From Oculina patagonica (taxonomy: Eukaryota), in contig NC_135759.1 in assembly GCF_052425735.1 (NCBI RefSeq), forward strand, positions 42,470,001 to 42,534,000: 64,000 nucleotides of DNA. The letters run 5' to 3'. The notes below the pieces were generated by a model. The model saw only the letters and a program-made list of their open reading frames with translations, ran no database searches and was not told the DNA's origin. The position numbers and the translations under genes were made by a program. Every line of letters starts with the position of its first letter. Position 1 is the stretch's first letter. Shown here one piece after another: positions 36,710-49,712 of the stretch.

Positions 36710-37600
36710 TCACTTGAAGGCAGGAGCTACTTCAGATACCCACTCCTTTAAAGTAGTCGGCTTCTCTCCTGTAATCTTGGTAAAGTGGGACGTGTCTTGG
36801 TCATTGACCAATGGGCATTCCTCGTCAGTCAGCCTGTAAATTTCTAAGATGCCGTCTGCGTCTTCCTCGCAAAAACCAACTACGTTGATAAGGCGATTCC
36901 TGCAAGCCTCGTATGAAATTCGCTCATACTTTACCTCCTTACCTAAAACCTCGCTGAATGTGGCTGCAAGTTCGCCCAGAGTGTGGCAATTGCTTATCAA
37001 CTTGTACGTCTTGCCATAATGCCTCTCAGGTTCGGCCATTATAGCGGCCGCAGCCTTCCCAGCATCTGCTACAACGACAGCTGAGAAGGGCTTGGTTGGG
37101 TCGCCTGGGGTACTGAAAGATGACTTCTGCTGAATGGGTTGCTTGTAAGCCCAATAGTTCTCGACAAATGGAGGGAGGCGGATGAATGTGTATGGCATCT
37201 CTAGATGTCGTACGCTTGATTCCAGCTCGCCGTACTGCTTTCCATAGATAGTATCAGCCAGTTCAACAGTGAGGACACTTACTGTAAGAATGTGCTTGAC
37301 ACCTGAGGATTTAGCCACCTCTGCCGCACCAATAGCAAGCTTGAACCCATCGGTTGGTGTCACGATAAACAATGATATCACGCCACGCAATAGGTCACGC
37401 AGTGCCTCCTTGTCATTCATATCAGCTCGTAAAACTGTTACGCCAGGTATGTTCTTAAGCATTGCCACCTTCTCTGACGCTGGGTCTCTGGTTCCAGCCA
37501 GGATATTTACCCTGTCCGTGTATTTTTCTGACAAAGCTTTCACTGTAGCAGATCCAATAAGTCCACTGCACCCGAGCACAAACACTGTTGGTTTTGGCAT
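36710..37600 (-). CDS. NmrA-like / atypical SDR NAD(P)-binding Rossmann-fold protein, 296 aa, single coding exon
   Basis: N-terminal VFVLGCSGLIG, AGTRDP, GVKHI, YTFIRLPPFVEN, DAGKAAAAI..HYGKTY. A polypyrimidine-AG acceptor just upstream of the ATG suggests a 5'UTR intron. Confidence 0.9.
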   Translation of the reverse strand: MPKPTVFVLGCSGLIGSATVKALSEKYTDRVNILAGTRDPASEKVAMLKNIPGVTVLRADMNDKEALRDLLRGVISLFIVTPTDGFKLAIGAAEVAKSSGVKHILTVSVLTVELADTIYGKQYGELESSVRHLEMPYTFIRLPPFVENYWAYKQPIQQKSSFSTPGDPTKPFSAVVVADAGKAAAAIMAEPERHYGKTYKLISNCHTLGELAATFSEVLGKEVKYERISYEACRNRLINVVGFCEEDADGILEIYRLTDEECPLVNDQDTSHFTKITGEKPTTLKEWVSEVAPAFK

Positions 37601-38585
37601 GGTTATTAGAGCTAGAGAAGAAAAGAAAAAATATGGCTGTCAGAATTATTCAGAAATTTCGCCGGTAGAGAGTATGTGCAGGGAGCGATGGAGAACTCTG
37701 CATGTAGGAACTTGGAGAAGAAAGGTCGGGTGGAAAGTGAAGATCAGATGGTAAAAATATGTGCAAGATTAATTAAAATTATAGAAACTAAATAATCTTA
37801 AAAACGAGAGAAATCGGAAAAAAAGAGAGTATAAAGCTATAATGGTAGGAGCCCAATTCTGGAAGATCTCGTAAAGCGTGGACTGAAGAGGGACGGGAAA
37901 CGGGACTTTATTACTGATCCCCCCCCACCTCCAGTCACTGTGATATTAAATTTCGGAACAAAACCTCTTGAACCATGAAAAATTCCACATTCCTCAATGG
38001 GAGAACATGAAATCACCTTCCAAATGCAACAGTGGCCTCTGGCCAGCCCGTAACTAGCGTGTGTCACAACGTGTTGGATACCGCTTAGCCTAAGTCCCCG
38101 CTTCTACTTTTCACAAGCTATACATGCAGAATCCCTCTAGTTCAAGCGCATCGCGTGACGAAGATAGAACCTCTACAGGAGTCTTAGAGTGATTCCCTCT
38201 TTAGGCAACGAATGGACACGTAACCTGAAATCACCGCTATCCCCCTCCATATGGACATATGAAACACCTTTCCTCTGGGTGAAACACATTTTGTATCCCC
38301 ATGGGAGATCAACAGAAATACAACTTACGACCACTAACCTTGGCAACCTGCACCTCGTTGCTGTCTTCGCTGCACTGCAAAACCCTGGCTGGAGCGTTGC
38401 TTCAAGTACTGACCACTAGTGTGTCCCTGGAATTAGTCCCATTACTAGTGCCAGCTCCTACTCGTCACTAATTTGACGCCTGACATTTTGTGCCATTTCA
38501 AAGATGGCCAAGGCAAGGTATTTTATTACGTTTATATCTTAATATTTTTGTGGCGTTTTCTGCTTGCAAGCGTTTATAGCAACTC

Positions 38586-41500
38586 ATGGCATCCTTGGAA
38601 CGGCTACAGAATGAAATTCTGCTCAAGGAAGAGGCGTTCCTTAAAGAAGAGAGAGCTAAACTGACTGAACAGTTGAACAAGTTGAAGGTGAGATCGGTTT
38701 TTTTTCGGCTTAAGAAACTGTGACAATTTTCGTTGTTTTGGAGCTATTGTTTTCCTGCTCTATATTGTTTTAAGGTTCTTTGTTGTCTTGGTCGTTCTTT
38801 GTTTCACAGGTTCTTACACCGAGGATGAGCCGTAAGATCGTAGCTTAATATCACTCTCAACAGATCAATTAAATTTCTCTACAATACAGTCTCTAGCCCA
38901 GTTTCCGGCCACTTTAGTTTGTAATCGCTATAACTTCTCATTTATGCATGGAAAGTTACTGATTTTTTGTTCAAAGACAGTTCATTTACTTACCTTAAAA
39001 ATGTACAAAAATTGTCTGTGCACGACAAGTATTAAAGAAATTATGCCATTTTTTGCAGAACTAGTAAGTTGCCCAGTTTCCGGCCAGGTGGTCCAGTTTT
39101 CGGCCGTCGAACTAAAACACATTTTTCCCTACAACCGCTCGACTTAAACCGACTTGTAAGTCCCTTGGCAAACGAAAAGTAAGTTTCAATATCAGTTTAT
39201 TCGAATTTGCTTTCTCGCCTGCCGTTTTATAGAATATTTCCTCGTCAATGACCCGTTACCTTTTCTTTCGCTTATTAGGATGCATTGGCAGTGTATACAT
39301 ATAAATGTTGTAGTTTATCACGCTGTGCTTGCTTTAGCCGCTTTTGTACTTTTTGCTAGATTTCATTTCATAAATTTCTCGAGCAGGAGATACTAAAATT
39401 CAGTTATTTCACTTAATAAAAATGCTTTTGAACAATGTGCTACTTGGTGGCCGGAAACTGGCACAGCGAGTCCAATTCTTTGTTAAAACTCTGACTTCTG
39501 AAATTCAGAAACAGCTGAATTCTGGCTTGTGATGACAGAACCCCTAATCACTTTCATCTTTAATCTAAATTCTGTCAAAAAATTACGAAGCTTCTTGAAA
39601 AGTTTCCTACGAAACGAGCTCTTTGTTGATGTACGGTAGCTTTGATGTGCAGTGAAAAGCGCAAAAATTAGTCGCCTAACGTTTAATCGCGTAAACAAAG
39701 CTCGACCTTGCTCGTCCATTTCTTGACCAATAACCCTGCCAGGACCATCAATTTATAGCGGAAATGTTCCTTTTTCTGTAGGAAAGCTTCGGTGGACGAA
39801 AATAAAAGATAACTACGAAAATAACCGACGAATGTATTTTTTGGCTGGAAACTGGTACCGGCCGGAAACTGGGCAACAGACTGTAATTATCATGCAGTAA
39901 TTTATAAATTAATAACCGTAAAATAAAAAGGATAAAATAAGGTATTGCTGGTTAAGGTTTATATTGCTTATGAGGGTTTATATTAAGGTTATAGTGGAAA
40001 CAACCAAGAAAATTTATAAATAGTAATAATTTATAAAAAGTTATACCGGTAATCCCTAGAACAATTCTCGATCTAGAAAACGCGGAGTCAGTGTTAGCTA
40101 AAATCTTGACTCAAATCTTGGCTTACTCTGAATTAAATATACCAAGTATAAGTAGGCATTTCCGAAAAGTTATATGTCTGCTTTGAATTATTTTGTTAGG
40201 TGGAGGAAATGGCACTGATGAAGTTGTTGAAATCGGACAACACAAATTCCCAGCAGACAACCATGGAACTATTTACTAAAAACTCCCAGTTGGTAGGGGT
40301 TACATGCAATTCTTGACTCCTCATACATTCACCATAGTTTTATTTATTTGTTTATTTATTACAATTTAATGACACAAACTTACAAATAAAAGGGAATAAA
40401 AATATAAGAAGCCATACAATGTATAAAAATTAATATATTAAAGCCATAAGGATAGTCTGTAAAATCTTGAGTAGGACACTCTATACTAAGACAAATCACC
40501 ACTTAGCTAATCTAAATATTGTAATAACAATTAAATAAATATAAGGGGTGTTGAATGGTAAATGCGAGACTTTGCGAGATGGTGAGACTGATATCTTTTC
40601 TGCGAGCCCAAGACCTTGAAAAAGAACTCAAGACTCCGAGAAGGCATCAAAGAAAAATTTGAGATGATGAGACCCCTGAAATTTGGCTAAAATTTTGCGA
40701 GACATGCATTTTTTGAAGGAACATTCACCACCCCTAATAGTTCCATGCATAATACATGCTGGCCAATGCATAACTCAGGTTTCTAGGAGTATAAATTTCT
40801 AATCCTCCTTGATGGGAGCCTCATGGGAGGCAGTCCATCACAGCCCTGGTCACTCCTTAACATTAAATTTGCTGGTTAATGTGACCCCCCTACAGTGTAG
40901 GTACTCACTACTGGGACATTAATAAGTGTCTTACCCACAAACTCGACACACCCTAGACAGGGAGCCCCTGAATCTGGACCACTCTATCTGGAGCCAGCAC
41001 CCCAACCATTAGGCTACAGCACCTCCCACTGAAAATGTTTTGAGGAAAATAAATGATAACTTTCATAAAGCCTAACTATGTTGTTGTATCTGTTTGCTTG
41101 TCCTTCAAGGATGCACACCATATAAAATTACAGCAGGTTGGTGTTATAAAATTTTGTTTTGTTGTTTTCATTAATAGCCTTCAACCTCCAGCCAAAGAAT
41201 TGATAGTTTTGAAACTGAAACAGAAGTGAATCATATCCCACTGCAAGGACTCAATACCATTGAGATGTGAGCATTACAAACTGACATTTAACTTAGATTA
41301 ATTTAGCTAGCATTAATGGTCTTGTAGTCATAGCTGGATGCCATTTATTTTATGATGCAAGGTGTAATCCTGGTTTAATGGACTTAAGAATGTCAATGTT
41401 CAAGACAGTGCCACATTTCCAAACACCGCAATTTCATCAAAAACTAGATCTGGCTGTTGCATGCCACATTTTAACTGTCTCCCTTTCAGTGTTTGGAATT

Positions 41501-43929
41501 GTGATGAAACTATATTACTTCAAGCCTTTAGGCGGTAAAAAACAAATTGAAATTTCCTTCTGATAAACCCCTCTGATTAGTTTTACCTTCTAAAGAATGA
41601 TGGATTTTAATAAAAGCCCCAATATGCTGTGTTCGATATCATATCACAGCATAATTTTTCAGAGACTTGATTTTCATTTGATTTTTCGGTGTGTGCAATA
41701 TTTCACTCATTTTCTGAGGGTAATAAAATGCAGGCTTTTAAAAACAGACTTACTGATAACTGAATGTGTTGCAATTACTCAGTATTTGGTTCAAACATTA
41801 ATTGAATGATGATACAAACAGAAACAAAGAAGATTATCAAGGAGAGGAGGAAGAGGAAGATGATGATGATTATGATGATGATGATGATATGGATGATGAC
41901 GACACTGAATACAGTGAGTGAAATTTATTTCAATATTTTCATCATTTCAATGTCATCTGCATATGGTTTGATATTCTAGTCTTCTTGGATAAGGACGATA
42001 AACCGTAGGCCCCCTTCTCGTGCATCTTTAGTGTTATGGTCAGCAGGGGACGTAAAAGAACCTGCACACTCATTGTAAAGAGTAGGGCATGGAATTCCTG
42101 GTGTTGTGGTCTGGTCTTTGCCCATCGTGCTGTGTACTGTTGAAATGCTTGGAGATATTAGCTGTACGAGCTACTCTGAAATCCGAGGGTTAAAAAATAC
42201 CATGCTGTGATGGTCTGGGTCAGCCTCTACAGGTTATTTTCAGACTTTCAAGATTACCCAAACTTTTTACTGATAAAAAAAGGCAATTTTATTAACAGTA
42301 GCATAACTATTATTGTAAATAAACTTCTGTTTGTAAATCCATACTCATTGGAAATTCTGATGGGAATGGGGTCTCCAAATTATGTCAAAATTGGAAGTAT
42401 GAAGCTAAATTAGAATTTTCATGGGGTTAATGGGAGAGGTTAAAAACCGCTCTGACTGTTAGTGTACAATATTTTTTTCTCTGAGCAACACATTGTTAAA
42501 ATGATATTCATTTGGTGAAATGTTAGTTTGAAAAGCACATACATGCCAAGTCTTTTAAAGAAAATTCATTCATGTTTTAATACTCAATATGTAATTTTTA
42601 TTTAATTAATGTTTGCAGGCCAACAGCTTATGAATGCAATGTCAAGTCTTCATTATCAAAACAATAATGCAGGCCAGGACATATCCAGGTAGATGCTAGT
42701 TTAGAAGGTCCAATTCGTTTTACATGTCTAGGTAGCTTATCACAAAGCCACTGCTTAAACTCACCACACCCTCCCCCCTCCCCGTTTCCCCTTCCCAGCA
42801 TGGTATTTTTATTAGGTTGTTATGAGAATTTTGCTGGTACCCATTTACACTCCTCGAAGAAAAAAAAGAGGCACTATGAAAGAAGTGTCTTGCCCAGCAA
42901 CACAACAGTTACCCTCTCTCCTCTGCAGAGGCTCCTTCAATGGGGTAAGGCGGAAAACTTCCCAGTGTCCCCCCGCACTTTCATTTCGATTCTCCCCAGG
43001 CTCCACAAGCTTACTTTTCACCTCTCCTCATTTCCGAGACTGTACGAAAAAATGAGAGACCTCTGCAGAGGAGAGACAGTGACCCTAAACGGCCAAGACT
43101 TGCAACTGGAACACCAGACACACACCAGGACAATTTTCCTGTTAGAATACTGTCAGGTGACCTTGTAAATAATAATTTAAAATATGGTTGTGAGCAAAAT
43201 GGATGCAAAAATAAAAGGAGCATGATGAAAAGATGAAATTGGTAGACTACTTCATGTGAAAATGTGTATGGGAAAAAGGTGGTGGATAATCTTGCACTAA
43301 AACATCAATGACATTGGTTTTGTTCCACAAACATTTTTTATTACTATGTCATGTGATAGGCCAGGGTTCTGCAAAGGGCCACGGCATCTACCACACATAA
43401 ATCTGAAGTGCTTTTCATTTGAATAACAGTTTATAATTATTCAAAGATCAATAAGGCAGTATTTTTTTCACAACCATTTCTTTTTTTAGGGGATTAAGCC
43501 CTTATTGTAAGGGAATTTTGTTTGTTATGGAAGGTGCGGTTGGCTAATGGTTAGTGCGTCAGACATCTGGATTGAGCGGTCCAGGTTCAAAACCTGGCCC
43601 TGGCACTGCGTTGTGTTCTAAGGCAAGACACTTTACTCTCATAGTGGCTCTCTCCACCCAGGTGTATAAATAGGTACTGGCAAAAATAAAGCTGGGGGTA
43701 ATAAACCCTGCGATGGATTAACATCCCATCCAGGGGGGGGGGGGGGGAGAGAGTAGAAATACTCTTAGCCGCTTAATGCTACAGAATTGGGATAAGCCCT
43801 TGCCTGACAAGTGGCTTGAAAGCAGACTTTACCTTACCTTTACCTTCTTTTGTTAGATCTGTCTTACATAGTGTACTGCAACAAGAGATTGAAGGTCTTG
43901 ATGATGACGATGACTATTATCATGAGTGA
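38586..43929 (+). CDS. SNAPC5: snRNA-activating protein complex subunit 5 (SNAP19), 6 exons, ~172 aa
   Basis: Exons 38586-38687, 40200-40292, 41178-41266, 41822-41913, 42619-42688, 43857-43929, phase-consistent. LKEEAFLKEERAKLTEQLNKLKVEEMAL matches the SNAPC5 signature (DQLNRLKVEELAL). Acidic C-terminal half. Confidence 0.85.
38887..39883. mobile_element. TA-flanked pogo/Tigger-like non-autonomous element in SNAPC5 intron 1
   Basis: TA|cagtctctagcccagtttccggcc ... ggccggaaactgggcaacagactg|TA, with internal cagtttccggcc repeats. Confidence 0.75.
43528..43845 (+). mobile_element. tRNA-derived SINE copy
   Basis: A box tggctaatggttag, B box ggttcaaaacc, body ggcaagacactttactctcatagtggctctctccacccaggtgtataa, (tttacc)-type tail. 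Confidence 0.75.
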
Positions 43930-44643
43930 TGCCTTGGAGTTGTGGTGGTTGTAACCCCAGAATACAGCAGCAATGTCTGAATAGTACGTGCTCTCACCAG
44001 TTCAGGCTCTGTCCTCTGCCGAGGCTTCTTTATTGAGCAGGAAATTAGACTGATAAGAGGCTCAAAAGGGAATAAATATCATACCCTATGCATCTGGCTT
44101 TTATAGTTTTTTTCTGTTGGTTTAACTGAAAGAGACCTCTGCGGAAGAGGTGCCTGTGCATACGCAGGCAAAATTTTATTTTTCCCTGACCATTTCAAAA
44201 AAGCAAAGCAAGTCAGCTGTATTTGTAAGACAGTTGCTTCTTTTGTTGACCAAAAATTCCCTGGCATTAACCTCTGTTGTCCCAATAGAGCATTGTTTGC
44301 TAATATTATTTATTTGTACAACAAATTAAAAAGTTAAACAGTATCCAATCAAATAATTCAATTTTATTTAACACTTTCTGCTTATCAAACTTCCACATAC
44401 ATTATAAGTATTGTACTGTACATATGTATATATTTAAACAACACTTGGAACATTAGTTGGTTAACTTTTTGATTTTACCAAGATTAGAATATGTAGAGGG
44501 CCATTATTGGTATGGCTGTGATGAAACTTTTATTCATGTGTCTGTTTTGTTATGTTATTGAAAAACCTATTAAGATAGTCTGAGCATGTTAAAATATTGA
44601 TTAAGCTGGACATACATATGATCTGAATGTACGGTATGACTTA

Positions 44644-44811
44644 CAGCAAGGCGCCAAATGTGTGACCACTTTTAATTTATTCACATTCTTTCGTGCAGAT
44701 TTAATCCAATCAAAAGCCGTGGATAGCTTGCAGTTGACTTCTGATTGGATTAAATCTGCACAAAAGAATGTGAATAAATTAAAAGTGGTCACACATTTGG
44801 GCGCCTTGCTG
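44644..44811. mobile_element. TA-flanked hairpin MITE (~75-bp arms) between convergent SNAPC5 and GTF2A2
   Basis: TA|cagcaaggcgccaaatgtgtgaccacttttaatttattcacattcttt ... aaagaatgtgaataaattaaaagtggtcacacatttgggcgccttgctg|TA. Confidence 0.85.
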
Positions 44812-45171
44812 TAACACTGATAGAAACAAGTGATACTTCCTGTAACGCCAGAAAACATCCTGCATTGAGTAATAATTATTTTTTACTGTTCTAATAAAAA
44901 TAAATACTACTGAAGACCACCAATCAAATTTCTTCAATAGATGGCTCCACCATGTATTTTGCAATATTGTTAAAAGCATTTTGTCACCAATATTGACAAA
45001 ATCGTACTAGTGTAGTCCATTAGTTTGAAACATTTCAGCTCAAAACAAACAATTTGAAAATATGTGTCCTTTAAAAGACAAAAGTCACATTATTGAACAG
45101 CTGTCCTTGTGTGAAGAATTGCTGCTGGTTATGTTTATGGCTTGAAGGATCAGGAACTGCTACACCGCCAC

Positions 45172-48100
45172 TCATGAACCCCCTGCATCTGCAGCTGATG
45201 CTGAAACAAGAACAGTATTTTACATATCATGTTTAACAATGAAAACATGGTTTCCACTGATATCTTGCCATTTTGTGTTAGGGTAACTGGCAGGCTACAT
45301 AGAGGATAATACATGGTTGCGCGGAGATATGAAATTTATCTGTGAGTGTTCAAATCGATATTGCATGAGTGAGCGATTTGAACACAAGAAGATAAATTTC
45401 AAATCTCCAGGCAACCATGTTTTATTGTCAATGTTTATTATATAAACCTACTAAAATTGTGATGTTTTTCGAAGATTTCCGAAAATTTTCAAAATGTTGT
45501 CTGAAGGTCATACATGTACGTATGTTTCCAAACATTTTCCGAAAACTTCTGAAGATTACCGAAGATTGTTGAGGAAGATCCGAAAATATTTCGACTTAAT
45601 ACCAATAAACTTTGGCTTTCTGAGAATAGAAACATGGCAAACTCTGCGAGCTGATTGGTCAAAAATGACATCACACGTGTGGATATCATTTTTATCAACA
45701 TGTGTGACACCATTTTTATCGATTTGCTACCACTCGCTATACCACTGAAGTTTATATAATAAATGTAGATTAATAAACTAAAAGATGCATATCCATCATC
45801 TTTGTACAATCAATTTATACTAAAAAACATTCTTATAAAAATGTAAAATTTGCATCCACATCTGTACAGTGGGTTCCTGTTTTCTTGAACCTCAAAAAAA
45901 AAAAAATGAAAATTCAGTGGTTTGAAAAATTGGAGGTAAAATTGCAGTATTCGACTTCAAATCCAGGCAAACAACTTTTGGTCTGAGATAAATCAAGAAG
46001 TTCAAAATAAAATACAAACTAGTCTATCCTAGCCAGTTTTTAACAAGTATGAAATAGATCCACAACCACGCAACTCTACCATGCAAAAAAACTTCATGCA
46101 CAGTTGGTGGTTCTTAATGGCTAAAACATTAAAAAAAAGTTGTCCAGAAGTCAATATACCTTTTCCATCACATGCCACTACTTTCACTTTGTCTACCTTG
46201 ACAAGCTCACCAACTTCACGGAATTCTACATCATTTAACACAAAGGTCCAAACATTATCGCAAAATCTGTATGTGTTCAAGTGACCCTGAAACAGCAGAA
46301 AAATTGTACACTTTTTAACTTTGTGACAATGCAATTTTTATATTAACCATTAACAGATTTCCTTGACTGTAGATTGACAAATTTACAGATCATCGATATA
46401 ATTGCTGTTAAATTAAAGTACCTTAAATGAAATTTTGCTCTTGACTTTGTTGGAGAGGGCATAGTTGATAGCCTTGTCAAACTGCAATAGCACTTGCAGA
46501 GCAAGCTGTGGGCTAATCTGCTGTGACTAAAAAAAGACAAACAATAGTATTGACAGCATTATCTTTTTTTCAACTAGACCAGGAATAGATAATTCTTTGC
46601 TTGTGCTAATGTGCTAGAGAAGATGTCTAACCCCAGAGCTGTGCTCTAGCAGTGCCAGGGTGCCTCAGGCGACTTACTTTTGTCTTTGGGCGACTTGTAT
46701 AACTTTGCTACCATGAATGCTTTTAAAAGCTAGACACCCAAGAGTTTTTACGTACAAGCCTTTGGGCACCCCGCAATTATTCTAAGAACACAGCTTTGAA
46801 CCCTGTGAAAACTTCAGAAGAGTGGATTGAATGAAAACAATTCCAAATACCGGTACTTGTCATGTAAGATTAGCAACAGAGCTGGTTGCTAAAATCTACA
46901 TGTATGAGAACTGTGTATAAGCTTTTTCAGAAAGAACATTTGGGAGTAACTGTTATTTCTACAAAGAAATCTATCGAAGAGGCATTACAAGAGAGAGTCT
47001 CACTTTCACTGGCTTTTCGTATTATTTCTTTTCTTCAAGTTTCAACTATTAGTGACTGTAATAAAGAGCATGCAGGGTGCATAGAAATAGAACTTGCCAG
47101 CTTGCTCTTTTGGCAAGCTGTAGCCAGGACGCATTAGCCCGAAAGTGGTTTTCACTAGCTCAAAAAATTCCTTATAAGCATGATGAACTAACTCAAAAAT
47201 GTTCCCATAAGCCTTTCACTCGCCTGTCGAGCAAGTGAAGGATAAAATCCACTAGCCCGCCTGCAAAATTCACTAACCCCGGGCTACTGAACATGCACTT
47301 CTTTGCATGCTGGCATGTTTACAGTGAAGTCACTGTTACAATGACAGGTTTGTTATATTTTTATAATTTATAATTTAACTCCCAAATCATGCCCCAGGAG
47401 GGGGACTTCCATATGAAAGCGATGGAGATGCTCGTCAGAAAATTTGAATTAAACCTCTAAAGGAGACATCTGGCTCAAGCCTTTTTTCGACCCCTAAAAA
47501 AAACATTTTTCATGCCTGTTCAGTCTAGATCTTCTTCATGTGCAACCCTAAACAAGACCTTGACATCTAAAAAAATATTGGCTTTCTGTCGTGAACACGC
47601 TAAGTGAAGCCAAATTCCTTATTAATCTACACCCCTAAGCGAGACAGCAAGCATCCATGTCCCCCCTCCCCCTTGGCATGCCATGTTACAGCTAGCTAAA
47701 TTTACATTCAAGGCAGAAAAACGTGAGATTATAACACTTAATCATATCCATGCAAAATAAAATCTAAAGCTTGCACAAAAAAACTCAGTTGCCACTTTAC
47801 TAAAAGGGCTGAAAAAATGTTCATCGATAGGAGAGAAATTTAAAGATGGCCAATCGAGATTATGCTATGATGTTCTTGAACAAAAAGATTCACAAGTAAG
47901 CTAAATAATGTGACACGCAACCGTTAAAAGGCGAACAGATCAGCCCATAGCATATTCAAATAAAACTACTGAAATGTGACAAATCCTAAATATCCGAGAA
48001 TATATGTAACGAACACAAATTCACACGACAAAGAACGCCATGGCCACCCATATTTTAATATGGCTATTATTTCACAGCTGAAATAATCTTGTAAGCTTAA

Positions 48101-48435
48101 ACGAAATCCCTGACCATTCAAGTCCTCCAATAAGCCTCATACCTTTACAGAACGTAAAACATTTGCCTGCGAAACTAAATTTCGTGATACCTTGGTACAC
48201 TTTTAGTAAAAATCGGGTTCATACACACGGGTGGGAATGGCGTTCTTTGACAAAACGTGGCAGTCGAACGCATTCGTCTACTGGAAACAAATAATTTTCC
48301 CAATGATCTCACACAATTGTTAATTATAAATCCACATAATGAGAAAGAAAACTGCCATTTTACCTGTATTAACTCATCGAGACTCTCTTGTAGACTATTT
48401 CCCAGTGTTGTGTTGCGGTACAGTTGATAGCTCAT
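45172..48435 (-). CDS. GTF2A2: Transcription initiation factor IIA gamma subunit, 4 exons, 110 aa
   Basis: Exons 48435-48364 ([24 protein letters not shown]), 46526-46422 ([23 protein letters not shown]), 46286-46160 ([21 protein letters not shown]), 45200-45172. Confidence 0.97.
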
Positions 48436-48503
48436 CTTCTATCGCTGCTCGGAGTTTTTATACTGTGCTCCTTCCAGCCGCTTCCTTTTTTGGCTGTCTT
48501 ACT

Positions 48504-48518
48504 CAGCCGCCATCTTGG
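48504..48518 (-). promoter_or_regulatory. YY1-type motif (CAAGATGGCGGC) upstream of GTF2A2
   Basis: The + strand reads cagccgccatcttgg about 70 nt upstream of the start codon; ETS-like cggaagt near 48568. Confidence 0.5.
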
Positions 48519-49712
48519 ATTTTACCATATATGGTATGGTGTTCTTCCAAGGTGTCATGGGAAATTCGGAAGTTGAAGCGGGAACCTGGTAGCGAGGCCC
48601 AGAGGCCAGACTCCAGAGGACACAAGCAAAAAAGCAACAGTATTTGCAGAATTGAGTTAGTAAAATTCGTAAAGAAAAAAATCCCGAACGGAACCACGGT
48701 GACCTGTGCTTGCGACCTGCGGAATGTGAGCTGTCAAAGAAACCTGCCTCTTTTCCTCCGAATTTCAGGGCAGTTTTAAATTGCAACGCGCAGTTTGAGA
48801 CTGGCACTCGCAGTGACACCAGTTAAAATTTATACTTTTAATCCCTTTTCTTTTTCAATTCACTATTTTTTATTTCACGTTAAACCGACCTACAACGGGT
48901 TGGGTACAAGGTGCTTTAAGGTGTTCCATTTGAATTTTCGCTGTTGCTGCAATCATATTATGCTATTGTTATTTGAATTTTTTTTTATTTGCCACACAAA
49001 GAAATTACCAAAAATGTCTAGAAAGCTTATAATTACGGTGGTTCGGCCTCCCCAACTTAACTAAGTTGACTACAAATAATTAAGTCTGATAGTTGGTTAC
49101 ATAGCGTTACTGAAGTCACTATATATATATATATAGAAAAAATAGACATGAAAATAAAATATTTTTCAGAACTTGTAGCAAGTGGAATTGGCGTTGGCGT
49201 TTTAGGAAAACTTGTTGAAATATTTCATCTAATTAACATCGCGGTTGTTAGCAGCTAAACAGCTACTATAGTAGTTGTCATGAATTGAAATTGATTTTTT
49301 TTCTCCTGGGCGGTAGCTATTGGCCGGCAAGTGTCGCGTATCACTCATCAATGAAAGATAAAAATAGACCGTGGCTTGAACCACGGACAAAGTAATTGTT
49401 TTTTTTTAAATTTATCCTCGTTACTGGGTTGTTCAACACAGCGAACCTCCACCCCCCTCCCCCACCGCACTCAACAGCGATGAGCTAGTGTTTCCTCAAC
49501 AAAAGCAACAAAATGTTGTGTAATTAGCCTTGCATTCATATAAGATTTCTAACGGTCCCTTAGTTAGGCGATTGATAAATAAAACACAGAGGTATATAAA
49601 CCATGCTTCTGTCAAAAAAGATAACTTTTCCAGGCTAACAAACTTTGCAATGGTCCACAAACTTACTAAAAAAGAGTACCGCTCAGTCATATTTGCTATA
49701 GTGAACGCGTGT

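Noticed and set aside
48455-48462. TATAAAAA upstream of GTF2A2 as a TATA box
   Set aside because: It is only ~20 nt from the ATG, so the implied TSS would fall inside the CDS.
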